DNA of 64,000 bases from Paraphysomonas bandaiensis (Eukaryota > Protista > Chrysophyceae): contig CBFFRP010000358.1 in the NCBI GenBank assembly GCA_965644295.1, forward strand, positions 62,001 through 126,000, given 5' to 3'. How positions within the stretch are numbered: the stretch's first letter is position 1; the number at the start of each line of letters is the position of its first letter. This document shows positions 1 to 11,736 of this stretch, piece after piece. The notes under the pieces were generated by a model that saw only the letters and a program-made list of their open reading frames with translations, was not told where the DNA came from and ran no database searches. A program made the translations under genes and the position numbers.

Positions 1-117
1 AAGCTGCTTGTGTGTCGCCGCAAGCACCAAGGTACAACCACTTCCGTTCTGTGTGTGAGGGAGAAGCTCTTTGCGGACGCCAGTCCTTGGTACAGAAGGT
101 TTAGTCAGGAGGACCCC

Positions 118-600
118 TTAGGATAGGGCTCCTCGGGACTCTGTGGAGGAGGATTCTGTATCAGTGAGAGTCAAGTGTCCTTGAACTGAGATACATAGAC
201 GAGGGGGTATGTTGGGACTCCTGCATGTCTTGGAATGGTTTAGCTGCGAGTTGGGCCTTGAACAGAGGAGTAGAGTTGGCATCTCTGCTGAGGTGGGGGC
301 GGCGGAAAAGGAAGGCGGGACCGCGTTAGGTCTCCGCTGCATGTGTAAATCAGTGTTGCTCAATTTAAATCGTGTATTACTGCAGTTTGAGCGCAAGCTG
401 GGGGGCCTTCGTGTGTGCCCACGTCGCTGCCGCAGTCTAGGGGGGAGTCTTTGTGGCCCCCTCCGGTTGGCAGCAGCATAACGCCCACTACGATCTCGGA
501 GCATTTGTTTGGCTGCAGTATAGAGCGGTTGAAGGAGGGTAACAACTGCTGTTTCAATATGGTACGTAGTCCACGCGCATTGAGGGAGCAATGATACGGT
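118..600 (-). pseudogene. Non-LTR retrotransposon (LINE-like) ORF C-terminal fragment
   Basis: Translation YHIETAVVTLLQPLYTAAKQMLRDRS aligns by eye with FHVLEKSVTSILLPLYGGGLRMLRNRG of the zinc-finger-bearing LINE fragment at 36858-37313. Confidence 0.45.
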
Positions 601-759
601 GTTCCGAAAACGCTTTCCAGGTTGCACTTTGGTGCTTGAGAAGCTTTGGTAGAGTTAAATAGTAGGATATCAGTTATATGTTATATCGCAATTCTATAAA
701 CGCCGTTATTTGACAACTTACGAGTAAACGTAACTCAAAGCTGAGAATTATAAAATATA

Positions 760-1027
760 ATCAGTATCTTTTATCATTCACCAATTTCATGTTATCTCTA
801 ATCTCTACTACCAACTACTACCACTCATTTCTCGTACGATCTGACGTCGGTTCTAACATGGTCACTATGTTCTATATTCAGTTTCACTGCCATATACTTA
901 TCGTCATGATATTAATTCTCATAATACAGTTAACCATAACTGTATAATTATCGTAACGGCTGTAATTTGTAATTTAAATACCTTATAACTACAGCTTTCA
1001 ATTGCTCTCAAATAGCAAAACTCAACA
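760..1027 (-). mobile_element. Degenerate Copia LTR related to the 38962 element
   Basis: Reverse complement from 1027 reads tgttgagttttgctatttgagagcaattgaaagctgtag, matching the LTR start at 38962; left boundary approximate. Confidence 0.7.
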
Positions 1028-1247
1028 TTTACTGCTAATAAGACATTCACTACTATATGCTCTACAAGTACAATACGTGTCATACAAGAAAAAATATCAC
1101 TTATGCATTATTACATTTTGAAACAGCGGCTCCTCTATTAATACTTCCTCGTTGTACTATCACGTACTTTGATCACATGACAGCAGCGAGGACACTACAT
1201 TGGTCACGTCACCAGCATATCTCATCTATGTAGAGACGAGATTCCGG

Positions 1248-2144
1248 CTACCGCTTTTTCTTATCACCAGCAACTGGCTTATTGTAGTTACTGGGATTAG
1301 GCGCGTCTTCATTTTCTCGTACGTCTTCCAACTCACCAAGAACTGTCTTACGATATGCAACCCTCATAATGGCATGAAACCAGTAGATATGCAGCACTTG
1401 GAGAACGAAGAGAGCAACAATAAAAGGACGGCAGTAAGGAATATCCATTAACATATAATGTTCGAAAATGGCAGATCGAATAACTTTAAAGGGAAAATAG
1501 TACAGGCGAGAGATAATCCATGATAGGATCAGGCCGATAAAAGCGATAGTAGACAATATCTCTTGGCCCATGTAATTCAGGATTTTCCCAGCTTCAAGAA
1601 AAATATCAGCAATATCGTGTAGTGCCAGTACAATGAGCCCTATTCGTTCGTAGTGCATGACAAAGCTGAAAAATATTAATCCGATCGTAACCACATGATG
1701 CACAGCCATCTCAACAAAATCGTTGCGGCGTGTTTCCAGAGTAAAATGACAAAATAACCCGGAGATATAGAATGCTAGCTCCCATAGATAGTAACCATTA
1801 ATGCTATACGATCGAGGGTACGGATAGTGCTGAATGCAGTCTATCGTAGAGTCCCATATACCGAGCGACCGAATGATCTCCACTGACCACAACCAGCTGA
1901 ATGTGTAGTAGATGAGTTTAAACAGACTCTCACTGGCCTTATGAGCAGTCGCCATGCGCTCTTGCTCGGTCTTATAAGGCACGATATAGTAGAATGCTCT
2001 CCATGCGAGGGCCTGCAGTATATAGCGGTACAGGGTCATGAGCACAGCCAATAGGAGGGCGTAATGATAGGGGATCTCCATGGGGATGCCGAACACACCC
2101 GCTAGAGAGGAGAGATCCTCCTCAGAGGGAACCAGGGAGTGCAT
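1248..2144 (-). CDS. LAG1: Ceramide synthase (LAG1/LAC1 family, TLC domain), intronless, 298 aa
   Basis: Lag1p motif RRNDFVEMAVHHVVT...RIGLIVLALHDIADIFLE; multiple TM segments; C-terminal EDVRE and KKKR. Confidence 0.93.
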   Translation of the reverse strand: MHSLVPSEEDLSSLAGVFGIPMEIPYHYALLLAVLMTLYRYILQALAWRAFYYIVPYKTEQERMATAHKASESLFKLIYYTFSWLWSVEIIRSLGIWDSTIDCIQHYPYPRSYSINGYYLWELAFYISGLFCHFTLETRRNDFVEMAVHHVVTIGLIFFSFVMHYERIGLIVLALHDIADIFLEAGKILNYMGQEILSTIAFIGLILSWIISRLYYFPFKVIRSAIFEHYMLMDIPYCRPFIVALFVLQVLHIYWFHAIMRVAYRKTVLGELEDVRENEDAPNPSNYNKPVAGDKKKR

Positions 2145-2478
2145 GGTAGAAGATGAAATGAGATTATGCAGAAGAGGAGAGCTCTATATAGTGAGAGTGT
2201 ATATATGGCGATTGCTGTAGAACTATCAACGTGTTTCTGTATATGTATGTACTCTGCTGTATGTCTCACCCAGCAACTCCTTCCTACCTACACAGCAGAC
2301 TACTGTACGTGGAATGGTTGTACGTACCCACTCAGTTTGTGGACAGTACGGGTACAGTGGTGTATACGTACGCCTGTATAATATACTACAGAAGTATACT
2401 GCACTGTAGTACTGTATTCCATGTCTCTTGAAGACTGCGGCTCTGTTCATTGATGCGCATCCCACTCAAAAGCCGCCC

Positions 2479-4311
2479 ATGCTGCCTCACCTCCTTCCGC
2501 TCTATGCCGTCTCGTTCATTCTCTTCACAGGAAGACTAGTCGTCTCTCTCTCCCCCTCTGAGGTGGATATTAGATGCATATTTGGCTCTAAGCATCAGGA
2601 CAGTCATATCTTCGAGAGACATAAGGAGGAGCTGCTAACCACACTCAGTGGATCCTTCCCAGCATGGTACAATGACTCTGTGAGTGGATTTGTTCGACGA
2701 TCAATTGCATGCTTTCAGTCAGGTGATATGAACACAGCCTTCGAGCATCTGGACTCCACTCTGAAGATTCAGTGGGGCATGCAGCCGCTGTGGAGCCCCA
2801 CCACTGAGAAATATATGTGGGAAATATCACGCAGGTACTTAACACAAACGAAGTATGTGGAGGATGTGTCGAATGTTCATAAAATCTTGCATGTCGGGAC
2901 GGAATTTTATAACAGCGGTGGTCACACGAGAGTTGTGTTGAGTTTTTTCGAAAACTTACCCAACTTAAAACAAGCACTTTTTATTACTAACAAGTACGGA
3001 AATGTTCCGGACCTGATTCGGTATAGCACCATTCCTAATCTAAGAGATAATATCTACTTATGTGATGCCAGACACGGCGACTATTTGGCATGCGCCCAAC
3101 GAGTTCGCGACACAGCCGTGGACTATGATCTAGTAGTGCTTCACATTCATACCCATGACTTCATATCTACTATAGCATTCGGTGAGGGTTATTATGGCCC
3201 CCGTGTGGTATTATTTGATCACGCTGACCACTTGCCGTGGATTGGGAGTTCCGTCTTAGATGCCAGGCTAGTGTACCGTCATACAGCTGCACAGCTTGCA
3301 TCTTCACGGGGTCTGGACCCCTCTAGAACAATCCGTATGCCTCTTCCTGCCAGTGTTAGCCAATCTCCATTTCAGAACAAAGAAGAATGTCGCAGGAGAT
3401 TAGGGATATCTGAGAACCAAGTAGTGCTGCTAACTATGGCTTCTACATACAAATATGGGAATCTTTTGGATTTTATAAACATTATCATCAGAATTCTGAA
3501 GCGATATTCAACAGCGTATTTTGTAGCGGTTGGTGTACCTAGTGTATGGCTGACGCATGCTGAAAACCAGGGAGTAAACATGTCACAAGTGAGATACATA
3601 AGACGTATTGGAGATGCAGCTCTTGCAGCGATGTATCATATCGCTGCAGATATTCATATTGATTCTTTTCCTTTCAGCTCAATAACTTCGATGATTGAAA
3701 CCACATTAATTAGTGGTGTTGCGGTGACTTTGTGTCCATGGACGGAAGAACAAGATATGATTTTGTGCGCACACCCCGGGGACTTTGGTTTACCGTCGTT
3801 CAACTCATCTTTCAGCGACATGCCTTTTCCAATAATTTCATATAGAACGAAGCACGCATTCGAGTGTGGTTTGCAGTCACTGGTTGCATTTCCTAATATA
3901 TTGGAGGCGTCTATGTCATATACTAGTCGAATGATGGGGATGCACACATCTAATCAGTGGGGAGATATCATGACAAAAGTTCTTGAAGATGTTCTAAAAT
4001 TCAGTCGTCGACCTGCCAACAATAAACTCGACAGTATTAGTTTGTCGAGTGGTAAATACGAGTGTGTGAATAGTGGACCGATTTTAGCTCAACTTGGTTT
4101 TCATATTGAAAAATCTGGTTCCAACGTGCAGGAGTTTAATATTTTTAGGTGGCGTGATAATGGATTAAGTCTGGAGCTTCAGCTCTCCGAGTATTGTGTC
4201 AATCTTGATTTGCACTATCCTGATTGCGACGATTTAAAGATTATTATAATTTCTCATCTACATAAACATGAAGAATATAGAGATATCCTATTGCGATACG
4301 CTGAGCTATAA
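2479..4311 (+). CDS. GT-B fold (GT4-like) glycosyltransferase with N-terminal signal/anchor, intronless
   Basis: GGHTRVV, FDHADHLPWIG, CRRRLGIS...LLTMASTYKY and AADIHIDSFPFSSITSMIE motifs; hydrophobic N-terminus after ATG 2479. Confidence 0.7.
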   Translation: MLPHLLPLYAVSFILFTGRLVVSLSPSEVDIRCIFGSKHQDSHIFERHKEELLTTLSGSFPAWYNDSVSGFVRRSIACFQSGDMNTAFEHLDSTLKIQWGMQPLWSPTTEKYMWEISRRYLTQTKYVEDVSNVHKILHVGTEFYNSGGHTRVVLSFFENLPNLKQALFITNKYGNVPDLIRYSTIPNLRDNIYLCDARHGDYLACAQRVRDTAVDYDLVVLHIHTHDFISTIAFGEGYYGPRVVLFDHADHLPWIGSSVLDARLVYRHTAAQLASSRGLDPSRTIRMPLPASVSQSPFQNKEECRRRLGISENQVVLLTMASTYKYGNLLDFINIIIRILKRYSTAYFVAVGVPSVWLTHAENQGVNMSQVRYIRRIGDAALAAMYHIAADIHIDSFPFSSITSMIETTLISGVAVTLCPWTEEQDMILCAHPGDFGLPSFNSSFSDMPFPIISYRTKHAFECGLQSLVAFPNILEASMSYTSRMMGMHTSNQWGDIMTKVLEDVLKFSRRPANNKLDSISLSSGKYECVNSGPILAQLGFHIEKSGSNVQEFNIFRWRDNGLSLELQLSEYCVNLDLHYPDCDDLKIIIISHLHKHEEYRDILLRYAEL

Positions 4312-4932
4312 ATGGATGTCATGTAGATATAAGGGTGACGATACTCTCACATATATATCTCTTCTTATATGGAATGATTAAGCCCGGTGATATGGTAAAC
4401 AGTACGACATTATTATGACTTTTAAGCGAAAGATGTGTTATGAACTATTGTGGTAGAGGTCCATATGCTGTTTTTTTCTTCGACGAGTCATACCGATAAT
4501 TCAGGTGCTTATATCTGCTTCAGATACAATTAAATCACTTGTGATTATATGGGGCGTCTGCAGCTATGACACGATAAACTGTTCTTATCTTTGCATAGAA
4601 TATCATATGCAGTAAACAGAGTAATGAAGAATGAACTGCAGTGTAATATAAATTTGATTCTATTTAACTTAATATATATCATAAGCAAATAGCTTCACAA
4701 AATAGTAATTTTAAATTATAATAAGTGTTATCTCTCAACAAAGTCGGACTTGCTAATAAGTCATTCACAATTAAAAGTGTTATGAAATAAGTAGTCCTTA
4801 AAGTAGTAATGTTGGTGAGTATAAAGGTTATACATACCCATCAAAGCTTTCAACCGCACCTACTCCTGGTATGCAAGATTAACTAACAGTATTGATTAAG
4901 ATGGGTAGTTGAGTTATGTTTTCAAATTCTGA

Positions 4933-5229
4933 CCTCAACAAAGTCGGACTGGCACCCTTTCGTGGTATTCTGGGAGATAAGTACCGGAGAGAACTGGAGC
5001 TATTTCTCCGGGAAGCTCACATGAGCCGCATAAACAGGTATCCGGGACTGGGCCCACCTCAAGGGAATCGGGGGTATTGGGCTGCATGCTGAAGTCATGC
5101 ATCCGGGCTGTTCATCTTAAGGACTCAAAAATCCTGTAGTCAGCAGATGTCAAGTATATCAACATTCTGCTTTCTCATTGCGTTTGCGTTGAGCAATAGA
5201 GCGAAAGTGGTTGCACCTTGTGCTTGCGG
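4933..5229. repeat. Unclassified dispersed repeat (other copies at 44591-44990; partial inverted copies at 1-45 and about 54510-54570)
   Basis: Shared blocks cctcaacaaagtcggact, aagtaccggaga, catccgggctgttca, taaggactcaaa and gcacctt(g)gtgcttgcgg. Confidence 0.75.
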
Positions 5230-5759
5230 TGATTCAAATTCTGCAGTGATAAATATTATATATATAGTATAGGGAAATACGGCGGTATAATATGAACTTA
5301 ATAAAGTTGAATTAAATATATTGAATTATCGGAATTACTAGGATTGTAACATAAGCAGCGACATGTCTGTATGTAACACATATATTTAGTCAACAAATGT
5401 CAGAGGTATATACTCAGGCACACAGTGACTAACAATACTTACGATATCAAATATATAATGATATGATACTATTATACTTACGACAGCATGTAAACAACCT
5501 AGCGGCAAGTTACTTGAGGCACTTAAAAGGTTAGTATATATATTATTAACGTTATAATAATAATAATAAAATATTAAGTGTATGGTAGTGTTTGTTTTAT
5601 ATATAATATTCTATATATAATATAGTAACTTTTCGTCAAAGAACAACAGAATGGGTGGATTAAGGCACGCTCGCATCTGTGAATGTTTTGACCGGAAAAC
5701 GTCGACGCAATGGTGAGGTATCGTACAAAGAATATAGCTCTATGCTTAACGGAATAGCT

Positions 5760-5962
5760 TGAACTGTGTATAATATATATAATATGTCTAGCCGATGATT
5801 TGAACTGAAGTAACGTGTAAGAAAGTAGTAAAAAATATTATACACACTCTGCTAATATCTTTATGGCTACTTTTATTGTGCATAGTTATACCATTTTCTG
5901 ATCATCATCAAAAATTTTACCAGGTTTTATACATTTCACTCGGTTTTGGTATTACCCTGACT
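5760..5962 (-). mobile_element. End fragment of the TA-flanked TIR element family (compare 36216-38773)
   Basis: About 200 bp inverted similarity to 36216-36435, ending ggttttggtattaccctgact|ta. Confidence 0.65.
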
Positions 5963-7742
5963 TAATATTATATATATGAACATTCTGTTGAACCCAATCT
6001 AAGTCAAAACACTTTTTTGAGATAATATAACTGAGATAACATAATAATATAATATATTAATAATTATTACGTCCGCAATAATATACTATTATAAAAATAG
6101 ACTAACTACCAGAAACGCACAAATATATTTATAGTATCAGCTATAGCCGAACTCACCAGCCAAACGGCAGCATCCAAATAAACGTCACAATTAAGTAAAA
6201 AAGGAGATAAGCATTAGAGATCTAGTCTAAAGTAATTCCCAACTCTACAAGAAGAGGCATTAAAACTATTCCAAATTCAACTCTATTTATTGCCATAATA
6301 TATTCCCAAAAATTTCACAAGGTTTTGGTGTTGCCCCGACTTGTTGCTAATTTAGTGATCCCATAATAGGAAATTACAATGAATGCTAAGAGTTGAGTGA
6401 GTGTAGTTACATATTTTTCAAGTTTGCATAGAAACAGAAATATCACACATATATTCTTTTCTCTTGATCATTTTGGTACCATTGCAATTTATATCCTACC
6501 GGTGTCATATATATAATATATATATATATTATAAAAATTAGTCTCCGCTATAATAATATGACTGATTCTACAGCAGTATAATATATATTATAATGACTGG
6601 CTCGAAAAGTATAGTTGATAGGAAGCTAGATACACTTCAATATTTTTAGTGTTCGTAGGTATTATAGATATCTCGCAAGTTCAATTTGATCATAACTCTA
6701 TGGATTGACCAGGTATATAGTGTTTATAGTAGTATGTTGTGACTAGAGTCTATCTATAAAAATTGGTTGCTTATGGTGTAGAATGTTATTAAATATTAAA
6801 ACAGAGAATTAAGTGTGTTATTAAACTTATTATTACCATATATATGTTAACTGAAAAGTATACGCGTACTAGTAACAACTAAAACTTAGCGTATATATTA
6901 CTAAACGTTGCAAATATCTATTAGTAACTACTCCTCTGCCCTAGACTTCACGTGTATAAACACCGTGTTTTAAACACACAAAGGAGCATTTAGTTGATTC
7001 TCCTCCATTTTCACCAATAACATCATCGTAAAAATATATTTTACAATGTTTGTTTTTATCAGGTTTAAATATACCATTTATGGGTGATAACTTCCCGCGA
7101 TTATAAAGGCATTACCAAGCATACTGGTATTACACTGCACTATGTAAGGTAGTAGTCCACCGATAATATTGCAATAGTTTTTTAAATATATTGACAATAT
7201 ATTGACAATATATTGTAATAATATATTAGTATCTTTTATCAGCGGTTAAATACACATGTGTATATTCTAATTTTAGGACTGGTCATTTAGAACACAGTCC
7301 TGTCAAGAAAAGACTCTCTGCTGCTTAGCTAATCGAAATTTTCCTCATACTCGTCCACTGAGCCATCATAGATGTCGCCACCATCACCATATTCATTCGA
7401 AATTGATGAAGTATGTATACATCTGGCCACAAGGGTCGATTAGATTTCAGAAACAACACTATTATAAGTGTAGTAGGATGCAAACTTTTGAGCAACAAGG
7501 AGAAAGCAATTACACTAAACACACACTAATACATCATATATTGCTATTGTGATATCTTATAAGTAACTTTGTGATTTTTTCTTAGATCCTTTCCAGAGGG
7601 AGATAATTCATGGAAAGAGTAATTCAATTTTGACAAATGCTGTGTGTATATTGTCCATTGATATACGTAGTATCATTATTATTTATCATTAACATAACAC
7701 TAGCTCCAACCATATATTCACATATTGAAAGGAATATCTTCA

Positions 7743-8425
7743 TTAACCAAGAATGGTCTGATATTCACATCTGGTGCCATAGTAACCGTGGAAGCAAGTA
7801 CATGTGCCATCCGTATAGTCGCAGAGACCACGACCAGAGCAATCACGACCAGCTTCGTTACCATATCCCTTCAAAACATCCGCTCCAGATGGGCACTCCA
7901 CTGCGAACAATAAATTAGAAATATACTATAAAATCACAACCATATTCAATGCTTACCAAGTGAACAATCCGGTCCACGACGGCCGAGATCGCAAATACAT
8001 CCGACGTGCTTCTCAGCATCCCAAGGAGTGGTGTAAAGCCTTCCAGCCTCAGCAGCCAGTTGAAGCTGAGTGAAACAAACACCAGCATCGCTGCAAGAGT
8101 TAGGACAAACGGTCCTCTCGCAGGCAATACCCTCGTAGTTCTCGAAACAAGCGCACTCACCAGTGGATCGATCACAAATACCCTTATTAGAGCATTCAAC
8201 CACGGGGTGGGCATCATTTGCCCCCTCGACAGTGCCAATCCAAGCTGTGGACTTGGGGCATGTACGACCAGAACAGTCAGCAAAGGTCCATGCAGGCTCG
8301 CCATCTATTCTGGCATAGCATGTGCACTTATCATTGGTTCCACAAGAACCGTGACCACTGCACCCATTGGGGCAATACGCCACCACCGCAGTCGCAAAAG
8401 CTGCAAAAAGAAGCTGTCTAATCAT
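7743..8425 (-). CDS. Mastigoneme/Sig-type EGF-repeat secreted protein, copy A (2 exons; intron 7901-7956)
   Basis: Signal peptide, then [10 protein letters not shown]...[16 protein letters not shown]...[28 protein letters not shown]; GT-AG intron; matches the stramenopile Sig/Ocm flagellar-hair family pattern. Confidence 0.88.
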
Positions 8426-8838
8426 TCTAGAGAGTTAATTAGTGGTCTTGCAGTCAACCTTAATTTATTGTATTGATGAGGATGTGATGCAATGTGATCA
8501 CAGTGTTTGCAGTTATGTAACGGAATTGATAGTGTGTGTTCAACGGACATGTTGGCAGTTCACAATACGGTGTCAGTGTATACCGGTATACTGTATAATA
8601 TACGGGCCGCATGCATATCTAGGTATCTTGTACAGGTACACTATTCAGTTTATGTATCCGCAACGTACTTGTGGACACTCAACATACATGTACAATTGGC
8701 GGTTTCAAGTCCCAAGGCAATATGCACGACTTACTACCATCTTTGCTGTCTCGAAAGTTACGGCACACCATCTCTGTCATCAACACTGTTTAAACATATA
8801 ACTATAATTGTAATTCATTAAACGATTAAACTTTAACA

Positions 8839-9524
8839 ATGCAGCTTAAAGTGATCGCCCTTCTCTCTATCGCTAGCGTCATTACAGCCTATTGCCCCAA
8901 TGGGTGCAGTGGTCACGGTTCTTGTGGAACCAATGATAAGTGCACATGCTATGCCAGAATAGATGGCGAGCCTGCATGGACCTTTGCTGACTGTTCTGGT
9001 CGTACATGCCCCAAGTCCACAGCTTGGATTGGCACTGTCGAGGGGGCAAATGATGCCCACCCCGTGGTTGAATGCTCTAATAAGGGTATTTGTGATCGAT
9101 CCACTGGTGAGTGCGCTTGTTTCGAGAACTACGAGGGTATTGCCTGCGAGAGGACCGTTTGTCCTAACTCTTGCAGCGATGCTGGTGTTTGTTTCACTCA
9201 GCTTCAACTGGCTGCTGAGGCTGGAAGGCTTTACACCACTCCTTGGGATGCTGAGAAGCACGTCGGATGTATTTGCGATCTCGGCCGTCGTGGACCGGAT
9301 TGTTCACTTGGTAAGCATTGAATATGGTTGTGATTTTATAGTATATTTCTAATTTATTGTTCGCAGTGGAGTGCCCATCTGGAGCGGATGTTTTGAAGGG
9401 ATATGGTAACGAAGCTGGTCGTGATTGCTCTGGCCGTGGTCTCTGCGACTATACGGATGGCACATGTACTTGCTTCCACGGCTACTATGGCACCAGATGT
9501 GAATATCAGACCATTCTTGGTTAA
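8839..9524 (+). CDS. Mastigoneme/Sig-type EGF-repeat secreted protein, copy B (exons 8839-9310, 9367-9524; 209 aa)
   Basis: Same mature protein as copy A with a different signal peptide; 56-nt gtaagc...tcgcag intron; stop TAA at 9522-9524. Confidence 0.88.
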
Positions 9525-9788
9525 TTGATGTCATTTACATATTCATTTGAAGTCCCTTTATACCGTGTTCATTAGTTGGGGTGTCTTTCTAACTAGTAAA
9601 CTACTACCGACTCCTTAGTTATGTCTGATTTAATTTTTATTAAATATGGAACATTATATATGTCAATTGCCTGCAGAGTATGCATTTAAGACTTAGGGTA
9701 AGCAACAAAATGCGCTACAAATAACTTTGTGATGTGCAAACATAAACATAATAACACCTAGAGTTAGGAACATAAAAACTTTTTACAT

Positions 9789-9911
9789 CAGGGCTAGGGA
9801 ACATTATATTGAAATGCAATAGTATTGATGGGTCAGTTCATAAACTCCATCAATATAATTGATGGGACGCTATCTAAAAATAGTACTGCAATATATTGTT
9901 CCCTAGCCCTG
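9789..9911. mobile_element. hAT-type MITE (123 bp)
   Basis: TIR cagggctagggaaca / tgttccctagccctg; 8-bp flanks ttttacat / tttttcat (7/8 match). A related end lies at 18346. Confidence 0.75.
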
Positions 9912-10842
9912 TTTTTCATCACCATCCCTTCTTTAAAGCTTTAAGGTATCAGGATTCCAACCAAACGTAAAAAATGTGGTGCACTAGTCAATGATATATG
10001 TAATAGGTAATAGGTAATAGTGCTTATACCCTGATATCACTGCCAGTCACTCCCGTGCCTTCTGATCTCCTGCTCGTGTTTGAATTCGTAGTAAAACGTC
10101 GGGGCATTCATTTCATCAATGTAAAGATATGACTCCAATAAAGTCTGGTACTGTAGTCACTCTACTTTCCAACTTCTTTTATTGGAAAGACACAAGTTCA
10201 AAACAAAAGAATCCGACAAACCCTGCAGCAGGGAACATACAAAGGCCACTCTATGCATACAGTAGAGCATCAGTGTTCAGGAATGTATGACTTAGAGTTA
10301 AATTAGAATGAATATTTATATATAAAGGGATTTATGCGGTTCATTCAAGAGTATAGTCAAGTCTAAATCTAGGTGTGTGGCCAGTACTCACAAGTAAGTT
10401 ACGTTCATACATGTCTTGTGCTTCTTCGTATAGTTCACGTATATCACGAGGTGGAAAAGAAAACAATCAAAGAATATTAAAACACAACGGCGTTAGTGTC
10501 GTTTCTGAGCATTGCATCCTATTGACGATATCTGGATATGGATATGCAGGAGGTGACACAGTGCACTGCTGTAGTCTATATCATACGTCGTAGTGCCCAT
10601 ATATACTACATGTATACCTATAGCCTACAGTACAGTATAGCTCTAGACGGCACAGTACCGCATACGTATGCACGTATCCGTTAGTAATAATATCCTGTGG
10701 GTATAGATACAGTATGCATACACGTCCAGAGTGTATACAGCACGCAGATATACGCACAGCAGGAGTATGTATACATGGACCATATCTACACACATAACTC
10801 AGCATACATATATATTAATAGAGAGGAATACCCGATCTCCTC

Positions 10843-11736
10843 ATGACACTCTCTACCACTCTCATTCAGGTATCCCTCTATGCCCCTGGTCCATTCTTCT
10901 GCTTCCCCTGGAAGCCCTATCTGAACCACTGCACCGGGACGGACTACAGGACCGGATATACGCACTTTGAGACCCACCATAGAGATGCGTTCAATCTCAC
11001 GTGGCATTTGGTGTGTTTGGTCTATCAATTGGCATCGAACTTTGCATTTTTAAGTGCAGTGGACAGAGCGGTGTTTGGCGATGGAGCGCAATTCTTCACA
11101 ATTATAACAGCCGTCATATGGATGCTGTATCTCGCGTCCATCTCTGCTTGTCCACGCTTTGTTCGGCTATGTTCTGTGGCAGCTATATCTGTTGCATGTG
11201 GTGTAGCACCATATATTATTGTTCGAAACTTGGATATATATATTTATTCTGCATTTTTGGCGATCTGGGCCCAGCATTTAGTCATGAGGAAGCAGGAAAT
11301 CAATAGAGGGTCTGCATTAATCGCACTCTCACTCATTGTGCGCGCCGCATTATTATTATTTCTTCCTTCTATAGTTTCAATCGTTATTACTAGAAATATG
11401 CGAGAAGTATTGGTGGTGTATTACGCTGTCTTGATGTGCCTGCTGTGTACTCAAAACGATCCCGTGGCAAGTGTTGTCATTGTGGGATCTATTGGAGGAA
11501 CCGCTTTGTCTGCTATTTTGTCTGAAGAGATTATATTTCTACATTCTTGTGCGTTTACAGCCATGCTAATGCAAGGCTTAGCACATGAAATTAGTGAAGA
11601 GAAGGCAACAATCTTGGCTTTACAAGGAAATGACGACCAGCGAGCCAAAGTGTCGTATGAATTGGCACATGTTACATACTTTCCTAACATGGTTTTTCAT
11701 GCTATTTACAACTCACTTGGCGAAGCAAGTATATAA
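10843..11736 (+). CDS. Mpo1/DUF962-like polytopic membrane protein (putative His-ligated dioxygenase), intronless
   Basis: HFETHH...NLTWH near the N-terminus and MQGLAHEISEE near the C-terminus resemble the Mpo1 His motifs; many TM helices. Confidence 0.55.
   Translation: MTLSTTLIQVSLYAPGPFFCFPWKPYLNHCTGTDYRTGYTHFETHHRDAFNLTWHLVCLVYQLASNFAFLSAVDRAVFGDGAQFFTIITAVIWMLYLASISACPRFVRLCSVAAISVACGVAPYIIVRNLDIYIYSAFLAIWAQHLVMRKQEINRGSALIALSLIVRAALLLFLPSIVSIVITRNMREVLVVYYAVLMCLLCTQNDPVASVVIVGSIGGTALSAILSEEIIFLHSCAFTAMLMQGLAHEISEEKATILALQGNDDQRAKVSYELAHVTYFPNMVFHAIYNSLGEASI

Noticed and set aside
7915-9352. Overlapping alternative-frame and antisense ORFs on the mastigoneme genes, and similar ones over other long CDSs
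   Set aside because: Shadow ORFs with no motifs, duplicated only because the underlying gene is.
1248-11736. Sphingolipid gene cluster (ceramide synthase plus Mpo1-like gene)
   Set aside because: The genes are nearly 9 kb apart with unrelated genes between, and the Mpo1 assignment is tentative.
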